Shown: positions 9,041 to 19,696, counted from the stretch's first letter. The stretch is 64,000 nt of DNA from Candidatus Dormiibacterota bacterium (GCA_963808125.1 CAWEEP010000059.1:39380-103379); one strand, 5' to 3'. Program-made: numbers and translations. The notes: generated by a model from the letters alone, not told the origin.

Positions 9041-9176
9041 GCGCACTTCTCCATCGGCGTTGGCGGTTGCAGCGGCCCGAATTGTATGCGGCGGCAACGG
9101 CTTTTGCCAACTCCCAGTTCGGGGCGCCGGGATTCGTGAGGCACGCAGCAAACCTCAGCGAGCATGCTAGGGTGCA

Positions 9177-10169
9177 GTGGTGCAGGAGATATCCACAGGC
9201 CTGCCCGGTGGCGACTGGGACAGCGAACTGTTCGCACACGGCGGCCATTTCATGCAGAGCCGCTCATGGCTAGAGGTCCAGCAGGCACTCGGCGACGAGG
9301 TGTTCGCGCAGCAGGGAGACGGCTGGCGCTGGGCTGGGGTCGTGCACCGCGGCCGCAGCATCCGCTACGCGTATTCGCCGTACGGCCCGTCGGTCGACGA
9401 TCCCTCGCGGCTCGGGGCCGCCGTCGAGGCGATGCGCCGGTCCGGCGCCGCCCTGGGCGTCGACTTCGTCCGCGTCGAGCCGGATCTCGAAGTGGAAAAG
9501 GGGCAGCTCACGCGGCTCGGGGCGTTGCCCAGCCGGAGCGTGCAGCCCCGCCACACCCTGGTCCTGGACCTCACCCGGCCAGAGCCTGAGCTGCGCTCCG
9601 ATCTCACCTCGGGTCGCCGCCGGAGCATCAACACCGCCACCGCCAAGGGCATCGCCGTCCGCCGCACCAGGGAGATGGCGGAGGTTGAGCACTTCCTCCA
9701 GTTGATCCGGAAGACCGGCGAGCGCAACGGCTTCGCCCCTCATTCCGACGCGTACTACCGGACCGTGTGCCGGGTCCTCTTCGAGCGCGAGGCGGCCTCG
9801 CTCTACCTGGCCGACGTGGAGGGGGAGAGCGTCGCCGGGGTCATCGCCTTCGAATCGCCGACCACCGGGTATTACGCGCACGCCGCCGCCGACGCCGAGC
9901 GCTCGCGGCAGATCATCGCCGCCGCCCCGCTCGCCTGGAGGATCGTCCTCGACTGCCGCGCCGAGGGACGCCGTGCCTTCGACTTCTGGGGGGTCCTTCC
10001 CGACGACACCGCCGACCATCCCTGGGCCGGCCTCAGCCGGTTCAAGAAGACCTTCGGGGGCCGCCTGGTCACGCGCCCGGGCACCTTCGACCTGCCGGTC
10101 CGGCCATGGCGCTACCGCCTGTACCGGACGGCCCGCTTGGCGAGATCGGCGCACGGGGCCGGCCGGTGA
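9177..10169 (+). CDS. FemAB-family peptidyltransferase (lipid II amino-acid branch ligase-like), paralogue 1
   Basis: N-terminal …HFMQSRSWLEV… and a later Y.A…A…..A……W is the FemABX/GNAT-fold signature. 330 aa. Confidence 0.8.
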   Translation: MVQEISTGLPGGDWDSELFAHGGHFMQSRSWLEVQQALGDEVFAQQGDGWRWAGVVHRGRSIRYAYSPYGPSVDDPSRLGAAVEAMRRSGAALGVDFVRVEPDLEVEKGQLTRLGALPSRSVQPRHTLVLDLTRPEPELRSDLTSGRRRSINTATAKGIAVRRTREMAEVEHFLQLIRKTGERNGFAPHSDAYYRTVCRVLFEREAASLYLADVEGESVAGVIAFESPTTGYYAHAAADAERSRQIIAAAPLAWRIVLDCRAEGRRAFDFWGVLPDDTADHPWAGLSRFKKTFGGRLVTRPGTFDLPVRPWRYRLYRTARLARSAHGAGR

Positions 10170-11212
10170 GGCCGGCGACAACGGCCGAGATCAGCGGGTG
10201 GGACGACCTCCTCCTCGCCAACCCCGACGGCGGCGAGATGCTCCAGACGCGGGCGTGGGGCGAATTCAAGCGAGGGTGGGGCTGGGGGCCGGCGTACCGC
10301 ATCTCGGAAGGACCGGGCACCCCGCTGGCGGCGCTCTTCCTTCGCCACAACGTTCCCGGCCTGGGTCACCTCTGGTACTCCCCCAAGGGGCCCGGCATCG
10401 CCTCGGCGGCTCAGCTGGCGGCGGTGCTCGACGAGCGCGACAGCTTCGGCGGCGCCTTCTGCGTCCAGGTCGAGCCGGAGCTGGTGGATACGGAGGACAA
10501 CCGGTCGGCGCTTCTCGCCATGGGGCTTCGCAAGTCTGCCGATGTGCAGATCTCCCGAGCCACTGTCTTCGTGGACCTCGATCCCGCCCGTGACGAGGCG
10601 GCACTCCGGGCGTCGTTCCGCCGCGACGCGCGCTACAACATCGGGCTGGCGAGCCGTCGCGGGGTGACCGCCTCGCCCGTCCCCTGCAGCGACGAGAACG
10701 TGGCGGTCATGCATGCCCTGGTGGCCGGCGCCTTCGACCGCCACGGCCGCTACCCGGCCCGCTCCCTCCCCTACCACGCCGGCTACTGGAGGCTGTTCGA
10801 GGCGAGTGGCCAGGGCCAACTCTTCCTCGCCCGCGACGGGGATGACGTGCTGGCCGGTGCCTACGTGGTCGTGCTGGGGACGAGAGCCTGGTACAAGGAC
10901 GGGGGAACCTCCCTGCGCAAGCGCGAGCTCAAGGCCGCCCACCTTCTGCAGTGGGAGGTGATGCGGTGGCTGCGCCAGCGCGGCGTGCGCTGCTACGACC
11001 TGGTGGCGGTGCCGCGGCCCGCAGAACTTGGCCCCGACCATCCTTTGTATGGGCTCTGGGAATTCAAGACCGGCTTCTCCTCGGACGTGCGGGAGTTCGT
11101 CGGCACCTGGGACCTCGCCCTCGACGAGCGCCGGTACCAGCTCTGGAAGCGGGCCGCCGAGCCGGTGATGAGGCGGGTGCGCTGGCGGCTGCGCCGCGAC
11201 CTGCTGTACTGA
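10166..11212 (+). CDS. FemAB-family peptidyltransferase, paralogue 2
   Basis: GTG at 10166 overlaps the TGA of paralogue 1 (GTGA). …EMLQTRAWGEFKRGWGW… is the same architecture as 9177-10169 but only distantly similar in sequence. Confidence 0.8.
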   Translation: MRPATTAEISGWDDLLLANPDGGEMLQTRAWGEFKRGWGWGPAYRISEGPGTPLAALFLRHNVPGLGHLWYSPKGPGIASAAQLAAVLDERDSFGGAFCVQVEPELVDTEDNRSALLAMGLRKSADVQISRATVFVDLDPARDEAALRASFRRDARYNIGLASRRGVTASPVPCSDENVAVMHALVAGAFDRHGRYPARSLPYHAGYWRLFEASGQGQLFLARDGDDVLAGAYVVVLGTRAWYKDGGTSLRKRELKAAHLLQWEVMRWLRQRGVRCYDLVAVPRPAELGPDHPLYGLWEFKTGFSSDVREFVGTWDLALDERRYQLWKRAAEPVMRRVRWRLRRDLLY

Positions 11213-11225
11213 CCCGCCGGCGGGC

Positions 11226-12518
11226 CTATCTCCAGATGCGCTTCATGATCACCCGGGCGAGCTTGTCCGGGTCGTGGTGCGAACTGATGGAGGTGCTGAC
11301 GACGTCGGCGACGACGAAGCGCACCGGGTGCTCCTGAGATCGCTGCCGGTCGAAGTTGACGCGCGTCACGCCCGCCCGCTCCGACGACGCCGGCAAGGGC
11401 GGCGTCAGGTTGCTGTTGACGATCACGTAGTCGAAGAGATTGCCGCCGACGTGGGCGTCGATGACGTTGAGGTACTCGCTCACCGCATAGCCCATCGTCT
11501 CGCCGGGCTGGTCGGCGACGTTGCAGACGTAGATCTTGACGGCGGGGGTGACGCGCAGCGCCTCGACCATGCCGTCCACGAGGAGATTCGGCAGGATCGA
11601 GGTGTAGAGGGAGCCGGGGCCGATGATGACGATCTCGGCGTCGAGGACCGCCGCCTCCGCCTCGGGGTTGACGGGGGGAGACGCCGGCTCGAGGAAGACC
11701 CGGTCGATGCGGTCGGTGCCAATGGGAACCTTGGACTCGCCGACCCGGACCTCCTCGCCGGCGCGGGCGCAGAGGACGACGTCGGTCAGGGTGCTGGGGA
11801 CGATCTCACCGCGGATGGCGAGGACCCGCCCCAACTCGCGGACGGCGTGCTCGAAGTCGCCGGTGATCTCCGCCATGGCCGTGATGAAGAGGTTGCCGAA
11901 GGAGTGGCCGCCGAGCGCTCCGTCTCCGGTGAAGCGGTGCTGGAAGAGCTCGGTCATCATCGGTTCGGTCTCGGCCAGCGCCGTCAGGCACTGGCGGAAG
12001 TCGCCCGGAGGTAAGACCCGGAACTCGCTGCGCAATCGCCCGCTGGAGCCTCCGTCGTCGGCGACCGTGACGATCGCCACGATGTTGCCGGTGTACTTCT
12101 TGATGCCGCGGAGGACCGTCGACAGGCCGGTGCCACCGCCCAGGGCGACCACCTTCGGACCCTTGGCCAGCAGCCGGGAGGTGTAGAGCTGCTGGACCAG
12201 GCCACGCTCACCGCGGCCGCCGGGGAAGAATGGGCCGAGGACCGAGCGGCCGAGGAAGTAGAAGCTGACCCCGATGATGATCAGGCCGACGAGGAGGAAG
12301 AGCACGGCGCGGACCGACCGGGGCAGGAACTGCAGGGTGGCCTGCTGCACCCAGGCGGGGAAGCCCACTCCCTCCGAGTAGACGTCGCGGAGGATGTAGC
12401 CGACGGCCAGGCTGATCATGACGATGCCGACCATCAGCAGCAGCAGCCATCGCTTGACGTAGAGGCCGGGGGTGAACAGACGCACCAGCGTGCTGTTGGG
12501 CCGGAGGCGCGCCTTCAT
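11226..12518 (-). CDS. yvcK: YvcK/CuvA-family (UPF0052, CofD-like) protein with N-terminal TM anchor
   Basis: ALGGGTGLSTVLRGIKKY…NIVAIVTVADDGGSSGRLR…GDFRQCL…IIGPGSLYTSILPNLLV are the defining YvcK motifs. Start at ATG rc 12518 (MKARLRPNS…), preceded in-frame by a short improbable extension. Confidence 0.85.
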   Translation of the reverse strand: MKARLRPNSTLVRLFTPGLYVKRWLLLLMVGIVMISLAVGYILRDVYSEGVGFPAWVQQATLQFLPRSVRAVLFLLVGLIIIGVSFYFLGRSVLGPFFPGGRGERGLVQQLYTSRLLAKGPKVVALGGGTGLSTVLRGIKKYTGNIVAIVTVADDGGSSGRLRSEFRVLPPGDFRQCLTALAETEPMMTELFQHRFTGDGALGGHSFGNLFITAMAEITGDFEHAVRELGRVLAIRGEIVPSTLTDVVLCARAGEEVRVGESKVPIGTDRIDRVFLEPASPPVNPEAEAAVLDAEIVIIGPGSLYTSILPNLLVDGMVEALRVTPAVKIYVCNVADQPGETMGYAVSEYLNVIDAHVGGNLFDYVIVNSNLTPPLPASSERAGVTRVNFDRQRSQEHPVRFVVADVVSTSISSHHDPDKLARVIMKRIWR

Positions 12519-12779
12519 CCTGATGGCGATTGTCCCACGGCGATCGGGGGCGTCGAGGATCATCCACGGCGGCAAGCGGCGTCCGACACCTGGCGGAGTG
12601 GCGGGACGTGGGCCAAGGACACGCTCTCCGCCGCGTAGACTGTCGCGGTTCCGGGCCGGACATGCCGGCGGGTCCGGCGGCTCCCAGACCGCAGGCGGGA
12701 CTTGGTGGGTGCGCCCCGATGCCGACGGCGTCCTGACCCATGGCGCTAATACCCGGTACCGAGGGTCCCGCTCGGAGGC

Positions 12780-14149
12780 TCAGCCGAGAGCGATGGAGGG
12801 GGCCACCCCCGGCTGCTCGATCTCCGGCAGGGCGGAGGGTGCGGCGATGGCCCGGCGGCCCATGCTCAGGTAGACGCCTCCGTGGGCGGCGATCAGCTCG
12901 CCGTCCAGGCAGTTGCGCCCGTCGACGACGAGGCTCCCGCGCATGAGCGAGACCACCCTCGCCCAGTCGAGCTCCAAGTACTCCGGCCACTCGGTGACCA
13001 GACCGACGGCGTCACTGCCGGTGACCGCCTCGTAAGGGTCCTCGACCAGCTCGACGCGGGAAAGGATCGACCGGGCATTGGTGAGCGCCACCGGGTCGGT
13101 GGCGACGATCTGGGCGCCCGACCCCTGGACGTGCCGGATGATGTCGATGGCCGGCGCCTGCCGCAGATCGTCGGTGAAGGGCTTGAAGGCGAGGCCGAGG
13201 ATGGCCACGCGGCGTCCCTGGAGGCTCCCTCCAGGCCTTCGCGCAGCTTCCCAATGAAGCGACGCCGCTGCTGGTTGTTGACCTCGATGGCGGCCTTGAG
13301 AAGCCAGAAGCTCTGACCGTGGTACCCGGCTGACGTCTCCAAGGCGCGGACGTCCTTGGGGAAACAGGAGCCCCCCCAGCCGAGACCGGCACTCAGGAAG
13401 CTGCGCCCGACGCGGGGGTCGAGGCCCATCCCGTCGGCGACGTGGTCGATGTCCGCGCCGGTGAGCTCGCAGAGCTGGGCCATCTCGTTAATGAAGCTGA
13501 TTTTGGTGGCGAGAAAGGCGTTGGAGCCGTACTTGATCAGCTCGGCGCTGGTGCTGTCGCAGAGCAGGCGCACGGAATCCAGGCCGTCGAACAGAGCTGC
13601 CACCCGCTGCCTGGCCGTGGGATCTTCGCCGCCGACCACGATGCGACTGGGGTTCCGGAAGTCGTGCATGGCCGAGCCCTCGCGGAGGAACTCGGGGCAC
13701 ATCACGAACGCCACGTCGCGCCTCTCGGTCCGGGCGGCCAGGGCGCGGGTGCTTCCCGGTGGGATGGTGCTCTTGATGGCAATGACGACGTCGGGACCCA
13801 CGTGGAGGAGCGCCTCGCCCACCGCCTGGTGGACCTGGGAGAGGTCGGCCTCGCCGTCAGGTGTTGGAGGGGTGCCGACCGCGACCATGACGATGCCGGC
13901 ACCCTCGACGCCCTCCTGCATCGTCTCCACCGTTCGCAGGCGGCCGGCGCTCACCACCTCGGCGAGGAGCGTATCGAGCCCAGGCTCGTGGATTGGGCAG
14001 ATTCCCGCCGCGACCGCAGCACGGCGGTCAGGATCGATCTCGACCAGGCGGACCTCGCGGCCCAGGTCGGCCAGGCCCACGGCGGTCACGAGACCGACGT
14101 AACCGGCGCCGACGATGCAGACGACCCGGTCGTCGGGGGTTGGGCCCAT
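12780..14149 (-). CDS. UDP-glucose 6-dehydrogenase; reading frame broken once near nt 13225-13240
   Basis: N-terminal Rossmann VVCIVGAGYVGLVTAVGLADLG, catalytic region GGSCFPKDVRAL, and …NNQQRRRFIGKLREGLEG on one frame (12893-14149). The C-terminal …VAILGLAFKPFTDDLRQAPAIDII… is on the 12780-13208 frame. The junction ggagggagcctccag is consistent with a 1-nt indel. Confidence 0.8.
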
Positions 14150-14224
14150 GGCTGGGACTCTACGGCTTCAGCGCAGGTCCGGCGTGACCGTCGGGGTCCT
14201 GCGTGATGCCGGACGCGCGCCCGG

Positions 14225-14860
14225 TTATCCGGGGAGGCTCCACACCAGGACACCCTGATCGGAGCCCGGCGGGCCGTCCGCGACCTGATCGAGGAAGTTC
14301 TCCACCGGGCGTTGGAGCGCGGGGTCCGTTCCGTACGCCATCGGTCCCATGATGATCACGGTGACGTGCAACGCCTGCAACTCGCCGCGCGAGGCACCGA
14401 CGATATCCGGCCCGCACTGGCCTGTGGGGTACGAGGACTCGAGTGCATCCATGACGCAGGCCAGCGTGGTCCCGACAACTCCAGACGAGGAGGCTGATGC
14501 CGGAAGGCCCCAGGGGTGTTGTTCAAGCTGGATCAGGCTGGGAAGGCCTACGGAGATGCCGTCCGGCCCGGCGCTGACGATGCCACCGGAGACGACGCGC
14601 ACCCGGAACCCTGATTGCGCCTGCCAGAGCAGCGGACCGAGGGTCGCCTCGTTGTATGCGCCGAAGGGCACGAGGAGCGCCAAGGTGCCCCTGGGTAGCT
14701 GCGCGACGTCGCCGCCCGCCAGGAAGTAGGCCGGGGTCGCGGAGTTCCAAGCCGGGAGCGGCATGCTGGGGACCAGGGTGGCGCACACTACGAGAAGTGC
14801 CGTCGCGGCGACCACGCGTGCGCGTCGCGTCCCCTGGAGAACCGTCCGATCGGTGAGCAC
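14225..14860 (-). CDS. Hypothetical exported protein
   Basis: Possible signal anchor …ARVVAATALLVVCATLVPSMPLPAW. No recognised domain. Located upstream of ugd on the same strand. Could be spurious in this GC-rich DNA. Confidence 0.3.
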   Translation of the reverse strand: MLTDRTVLQGTRRARVVAATALLVVCATLVPSMPLPAWNSATPAYFLAGGDVAQLPRGTLALLVPFGAYNEATLGPLLWQAQSGFRVRVVSGGIVSAGPDGISVGLPSLIQLEQHPWGLPASASSSGVVGTTLACVMDALESSYPTGQCGPDIVGASRGELQALHVTVIIMGPMAYGTDPALQRPVENFLDQVADGPPGSDQGVLVWSLPG

Positions 14861-14984
14861 GGCGATGACCGCGGCGAGGCCGAGGTCGATGAACAGCGCG
14901 AACCGTGAGCCGCGGGATCCCCCCGCGCCCGAGCCACGCCGCCACGCCCCTCCGACAGGTCAGGAACACTAGTATTCGCCCACC

Positions 14985-16655
14985 ATGGCAGCGCCAAATC
15001 TTGCCACGCGGAGCGCGCCTCTAAGTATCCCAGCGCGGACAGGGATCGGCCGTCTGGCGCTGGGTCTGCGAGCTCCGGCGCTGTTCCTGGCGCTCGCGCT
15101 GGTGGTGCTGCGGCCCGGGCTGTTCACTGGCCACGACACGATCGTGGGTAACGCCGGGGATCCCTCGCTGTCCATCTGGGCGTTGCAGTGGCTGCCATTC
15201 GCCCTGGGCCACCACCTGAATCCGCTGATGACCGACTACCTCCACTACCCGACTGGCGCCAACCTGATGTGGAACGGTTCCATCCTCTTCCCCGCCCTGG
15301 TGCTGGCGCCAGTCACCCTCATCTTCGGCCCCATCGTCTCCTACAACGTCTTGGCCCTCCTCAGCGTATGGCTCTCCGGCTGGTGCGCCTACCTCGGAGT
15401 GCGCCGCTTCTCACGCCGCTGGGTCTCCGCGCTGATCGGAGGTCTCCTCTACGAGCTGAGCCCCTTCATGGCCAGCCAGATCACCGGCCACGCCCAGATG
15501 TTCGTGGCCATCTTTCCCCCACTGCTGCTGCTCTTCGCCAACGAGATCCTGGTGCGCCAGCGGCGACGGCCGGCGCTCATGGGGGCGCTGCTGGGCTTCG
15601 CCGCCGCCGCCCAGCTCCTCACCGGTACGGAGATGCTGGCCATCTGCGCTGTCATGGCCATCCCGCCCCTGGTCACGCTCGCCGTCCTCCGCCGCGACCA
15701 GGTGCGGGAGAAGCTCCCCTACGCGCTCCGGGCGGCCGGTTTCGCCGCCCTCACCTTCGCCGTGCTGGCGGCGTATCCGCTGTACCTGGTGCTCCTCGGA
15801 CCGCAGCACGTTTCCGGAGCTCTCCAGGGTTTCGTCTACATGGCGCGGCCGACCTCCTTCCTGATCCCGTCGAACGTCCAGCTGATCAGCGGGCCCACCA
15901 CCGTCCTCGACTCCAGCGTGTATATCGGCATCCCAATGGCGATCCTGGCCGTGGCCGTCGGCGTCCGGCTGCGACACAGCCTCGTGGTGGCGGTGGCGTC
16001 GGTGACGCTGGCCTGTGCCGTGGTGCTGTCTCTAGGCGGCCATCTGACCATCCACGGCGGCCCCACGCCGATACCGCTCCCGTGGGACATCGCCCAGCAC
16101 CTGCCCGTGCTCGACAACGTGCTGCCGGTCCGCCTCATGGTGGCGGGCTACCTGGCCTTGTCGGTGATCGTCGCCGTCTTCATCGACGCCGTGCTCGAGG
16201 CTGTGCCGCGGCGGCAGCTCGCCGGGCTGGCGGCGGTCGCCGTGGCGCTGGTGTTCCTCGCCCCCCCGCTGCCGTTCTTCGCCGGACAGCTCATGGTCCC
16301 CGCCTTCTTCACGGACGGCTCGTCCCAGCGGCTCCCGCAGACAGGCTCAGTGCTGATCACCCCATACGGAGTCGCCTATGGGGACTACCCCCCGGAGCTC
16401 TGGCAGGCGGTGTCGAACATGGCCTTCAAGACCCAGCTGGGGATCGTCTACACCCCAGGGCCGGGCGGCCATGAGGTCGGCCCCGAGCTGGATCCGCTCG
16501 GCCGGGAACTGAGCGCCGTGGGAGACGCCGGCAGGCCCGTGCCGGCCACCCTTGCTGTCTCGGTCCGCCAGACGTACCTCGGCGACCTGCGGGCCCACGA
16601 CGTGACCACGGTGATCGTCGGCCCCTCGCCGGGGAGGCTCAGGTCGTGCAGCTGA
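14985..16655 (+). CDS. Polytopic integral membrane protein, GT-C-like topology (putative lipid-linked-sugar glycosyltransferase)
   Basis: 556 aa with at least 11 hydrophobic segments. The first extracytoplasmic loop after TM1 is rich in conserved small, acidic and aromatic residues (…GHDTIVGNAGDPSLSIWALQWLPF…), as in GT-C enzymes. Function inferred from topology and genomic context only. Confidence 0.6.
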   Translation: MAAPNLATRSAPLSIPARTGIGRLALGLRAPALFLALALVVLRPGLFTGHDTIVGNAGDPSLSIWALQWLPFALGHHLNPLMTDYLHYPTGANLMWNGSILFPALVLAPVTLIFGPIVSYNVLALLSVWLSGWCAYLGVRRFSRRWVSALIGGLLYELSPFMASQITGHAQMFVAIFPPLLLLFANEILVRQRRRPALMGALLGFAAAAQLLTGTEMLAICAVMAIPPLVTLAVLRRDQVREKLPYALRAAGFAALTFAVLAAYPLYLVLLGPQHVSGALQGFVYMARPTSFLIPSNVQLISGPTTVLDSSVYIGIPMAILAVAVGVRLRHSLVVAVASVTLACAVVLSLGGHLTIHGGPTPIPLPWDIAQHLPVLDNVLPVRLMVAGYLALSVIVAVFIDAVLEAVPRRQLAGLAAVAVALVFLAPPLPFFAGQLMVPAFFTDGSSQRLPQTGSVLITPYGVAYGDYPPELWQAVSNMAFKTQLGIVYTPGPGGHEVGPELDPLGRELSAVGDAGRPVPATLAVSVRQTYLGDLRAHDVTTVIVGPSPGRLRSCS

Positions 16656-16814
16656 TGACCGAGTTGCTCGGAACGCCCGGCACGGCAACGGGCGGGGTCG
16701 TCGTCTGGTACGGGGTGGGCGCCGAGACGTCGCCATGACCGCACCGCCGGGGCTGAATGCCCCCGGGCCACGGCGCCGCGCATCCCGCCACCTTTCGTGC
16801 GAGCATCTCGCTCC

Positions 16815-17441
16815 ATGAGCAGCTTCAGCCAGACGTACCTCGAGGAGGTCGGGCGCATCGCCGCCGCCATCGACAGCGACCAGGTGGAGCGACTGGCCGC
16901 CGGCCTGGCCCAGGTCAGAGAGCGGTCTGGCCGGCTCTTCGTCCTCGGCGTCGGCGGCTCGGCGGGCCACGCCGGCCACGCCGTCAACGATTTCCGGAAG
17001 CTGTGCGGTATCGAGGCGTACGCTCCCACCGACAACGTGTCCGAACTGACCGCACGCATCAATGACGACGGCTGGGACACCTCCTATAGTGCGTGGCTCG
17101 CCGGTTCCCATCTCCGGGCCCATGACGCGATCCTGGTCTTCTCGGTGGGGGGCGGCGACCGTGAGCGGGGCATCTCCGCCAACATCGTCAAAGCGCTGGA
17201 GGCAGCCCGGGCGGCGGGCTGCTTCATCGGCGGCATCGTGGGCAGGGACGGGGGGTACACCGCCCGCGTCGGCGACGCCGTCGTCATCATCCCGCCCCTC
17301 GTGGGTGAGCGGGTCACCGCCCACACCGAGGGTCTCTGCGCCGTCATCTGGCACCTCCTGGTCTCCCACCCCCTGCTGCAGCGGAACCCGACCAAGTGGG
17401 AATCGGCGGTGGGAGGCCCATCGTGGCCAGCCGTTTCCTGA
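16815..17441 (+). CDS. gmhA: SIS-domain D-sedoheptulose 7-phosphate isomerase
   Basis: ATG at 16815 (MSSFSQTYLEEV…). …GRLFVLGVGGSAGHAGHAVNDFRKL… and …DAILVFSVGGG… are GmhA-type SIS motifs. Confidence 0.8.
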   Translation: MSSFSQTYLEEVGRIAAAIDSDQVERLAAGLAQVRERSGRLFVLGVGGSAGHAGHAVNDFRKLCGIEAYAPTDNVSELTARINDDGWDTSYSAWLAGSHLRAHDAILVFSVGGGDRERGISANIVKALEAARAAGCFIGGIVGRDGGYTARVGDAVVIIPPLVGERVTAHTEGLCAVIWHLLVSHPLLQRNPTKWESAVGGPSWPAVS

Positions 17442-18411
17442 TCGTCGGAGGCGCCGGCTTCATCGGCAGTCATCTGACCGATCGCCTCCTCGGTGAGCCG
17501 GGCACCGAGCGCGTCACCCTGTACGACAACTTCTCCTCCGGCCGCGAGTGGCACTACGCGGCTTGGCGCGACGATCCGCGGCTGGACGTCATACGCGCCG
17601 ATGTCCACGAGCAGGAGCGTCTGAACGCCACCGCGGCGGGGCACGAGGTGGTGATTCACCTGGCGTCGAACCCCGACATCGCCCGGGCCGTGCGCGAGCC
17701 GTCGATCGACTTCCACGAGGGCACCGAGCTGACGCACGCCGTGGTCGAGGCGGCGCGGATCTCGGGTGCAACCACCCTCCTCTATCCCTCGGGAAGCGGG
17801 GTGTACGGAGATCTGGGAGAACTGGAGGTCGAGGAGGATCACGGTCCCCTGGTCCCGGTCTCCACGTATGGGGCGTCCAAGATGGCCGGAGAGGCCCTGA
17901 TCGCCGCCTACTGCCACATGTTCGGGCTGGTCGGACGGGCCTTCCGCTTCGGCAACGTCGTCGGAGCCAGGCAGACGCACGGCGTCGGTCTCGACTTCCT
18001 CCGCCGCCTGATCGAGGATCCGACGCGGCTGCGGATCCTCGGTGACGGCAAGCAGAGCAAGTCGTACATCCACGTGAGCGACGTGGTGGAGGCGGTCATG
18101 ACCGCCCTTGCGCGCGAGACACGGCCATTCCAGGTCTACAACGTCGCCACCGGCGACTACACGACGGTCCGCGAGATCGCCGACATGGCCGTCGAGGTTC
18201 TCGGCCTGCGGCCGGGATCTGTGACCTACGAATTCACCGGTGGGGATCGGGGCTGGAAGGGGGACGTGCCGGTCGTGCCGAACTCCGGACGGACCGCATC
18301 CGAGCGCTGGGGTGGAGCAACCGGCTGCGATCCTCCGAAGCCCTGCGGGCGTCCCTCGAGGAGATGCGCGCCACGCTTCCGGGGGGGGCGCCCGAAGGCA
18401 CCGGGGCGTGA
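17423..18411 (+). CDS. NAD-dependent epimerase/dehydratase (extended SDR); frame broken once near nt 18276-18284
   Basis: GTG at 17423. LIVGGAGFIGSHL (Rossmann), the YGASK catalytic motif, …HVSDVVEA…. The true C-terminus …ELRTDRIRALGWSNRLRSSEALRASLEEMRATLPGGAPEGTGA* lies in the +1 frame and ends at the TGA at 18409-18411, so a single missing G in ccgg is inferred. Paralogue of the 30439-31455 gene (…GDSPLIDLDTTKIRSLGWEPTLTIREAI…). Confidence 0.8.
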
Positions 18412-18968
18412 ACTCGGTTCCCGCCGTCTTCCTCGACCGCGACGGCGTGCTGAACGCGGCCGTCGTCGTCGACGGTCGCCCGCACCCCCCCCGAAGCGCC
18501 GCCGAGATGATGCTTCTGCCGGGCGTCGAGGACGCTTGCGCCCGGCTGCATGGTGCCGGTTTCGTGCTGGTCTGTGTGACCAACCAGCCCGATATCGCCC
18601 GGGGCGTGACCACCGCCGCCAGGGTGGCGGAGATCAACGACGACATCCAGCGCCGCCTCGGCCTCGATGCCGTCGCGGTCTGCCCCCATGACGACGCCGA
18701 CGGCTGTGCCTGCCGCAAACCCAAGCCGGGGCTGATCAGGGAAGCCGCCGCACGCCTCGGCCTGGATCTCACCCGAAGCGTGGTGGTCGGCGACCGCTGG
18801 CGCGACGTCGAGGCGGGTAGACAGGCGGGCTGCCGGACCGTCCTCATCGACCGCGCGTACGATGAGCCGGCGGCGATCGCCGACGCCGTTGCCGCCTCTC
18901 TGGCCGAGGCGGTCCCGTGGATCATCAGCCTCTCCCGCAGGGGGACCTCCCCGAGAGCGGAGGCATGA
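18408..18968 (+). CDS. gmhB: D-glycero-D-manno-heptose 1,7-bisphosphate phosphatase (HAD family)
   Basis: GTG at 18408 overlapping the epimerase stop (GTGA). AVFLDRDGVLN… (DxDx motif), …VCVTNQPDIARG…, …CPHDDADGCACRKPKPGL… (the Zn-binding Cx..C of GmhB), …VVGDRWRDVEAG…. Confidence 0.8.
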   Translation: MNSVPAVFLDRDGVLNAAVVVDGRPHPPRSAAEMMLLPGVEDACARLHGAGFVLVCVTNQPDIARGVTTAARVAEINDDIQRRLGLDAVAVCPHDDADGCACRKPKPGLIREAAARLGLDLTRSVVVGDRWRDVEAGRQAGCRTVLIDRAYDEPAAIADAVAASLAEAVPWIISLSRRGTSPRAEA

Positions 18969-18969
18969 C

Positions 18970-19696
18970 ATGGTGGACAGGGTGGATCTGAGCACATTGC
19001 GCGTCGAGGTGTTCGCCGACGGGGCGGATCGCGCCGGGATCGAGGGTCTGGCACGGAATCCCTGGATCAAGGGGTTCACCACCAACCCGACGCTGATGCG
19101 CGCTTCCGGCGTCGCCGACTACGAGGCGTTCGCACGGGACGTCCTCACCGTGGTCGGTGGCCGCCCAATCTCGTTCGAGGTCTTCGCCGACGATTTCGAC
19201 GAGATGATCCGCCAGGGGCGGCGGATCGCCGGCTGGGGTGAGGCGGTGTTCGTGAAGATTCCCGTCACCGACACCCAGGGCCGCCCCACCTCCGCCGTGC
19301 TCAGATCCCTGAGCTCGGAGGGTATCCAGCTCAACGTCACGGCGATGACCACCCCGGCACAGGTCCGCCGCGTCGTCGATTGCCTGGCGCCGGGAAGCCG
19401 TCACTTCGTGTCCCTCTTCGCCGGCAGGGTCGCGGACACGGGAAGGGACCCGCTGCCGCTGGTGCGGGAGTGCCTGGAGATCCTCGGTCCGCGTCCCGAG
19501 ATCAGGTTGATCTGGGCCAGTCCCCGAGAGATCCTCAACGTGATCCAGGCCCACGAGGTGGGCTGCCACGTCATCACGGTGACTTCACGACCTCCTCGCG
19601 AAGCTGCCGCTCCTGGGCAAGGATCTCGACGAGTACTCCCTGGAGACGGTGCGCATGTTCCATCGCGACGCGGTCACCGCCGGCTTCCACCTGTGA
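18970..19696 (+). CDS. tal: Transaldolase, short TalC/fructose-6-phosphate-aldolase-type; frame broken once near nt 19585-19590
   Basis: ATG at 18970 (MVDRVDLSTLRVEVFADGADRAGIEGLARNPWIKGFTTNPTLM…). Schiff-base Lys region …AVFVKIPVT…. The true C-terminus DLLAKLPLLGKDLDEYSLETVRMFHRDAVTAGFHL* lies in another frame ending at 19694-19696, so a 1-nt insertion in acttcacga is inferred. Confidence 0.8.

Noticed and set aside
9270-11041. 303-aa and 309-aa minus-strand ORFs
   Set aside because: Both lie entirely antisense to the two FemAB genes, which carry clear family motifs.
16347-17369. 340-aa minus-strand ORF
   Set aside because: It is antisense to the 3' end of the GT-C-like gene and to gmhA. 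It has no motifs and biased composition.
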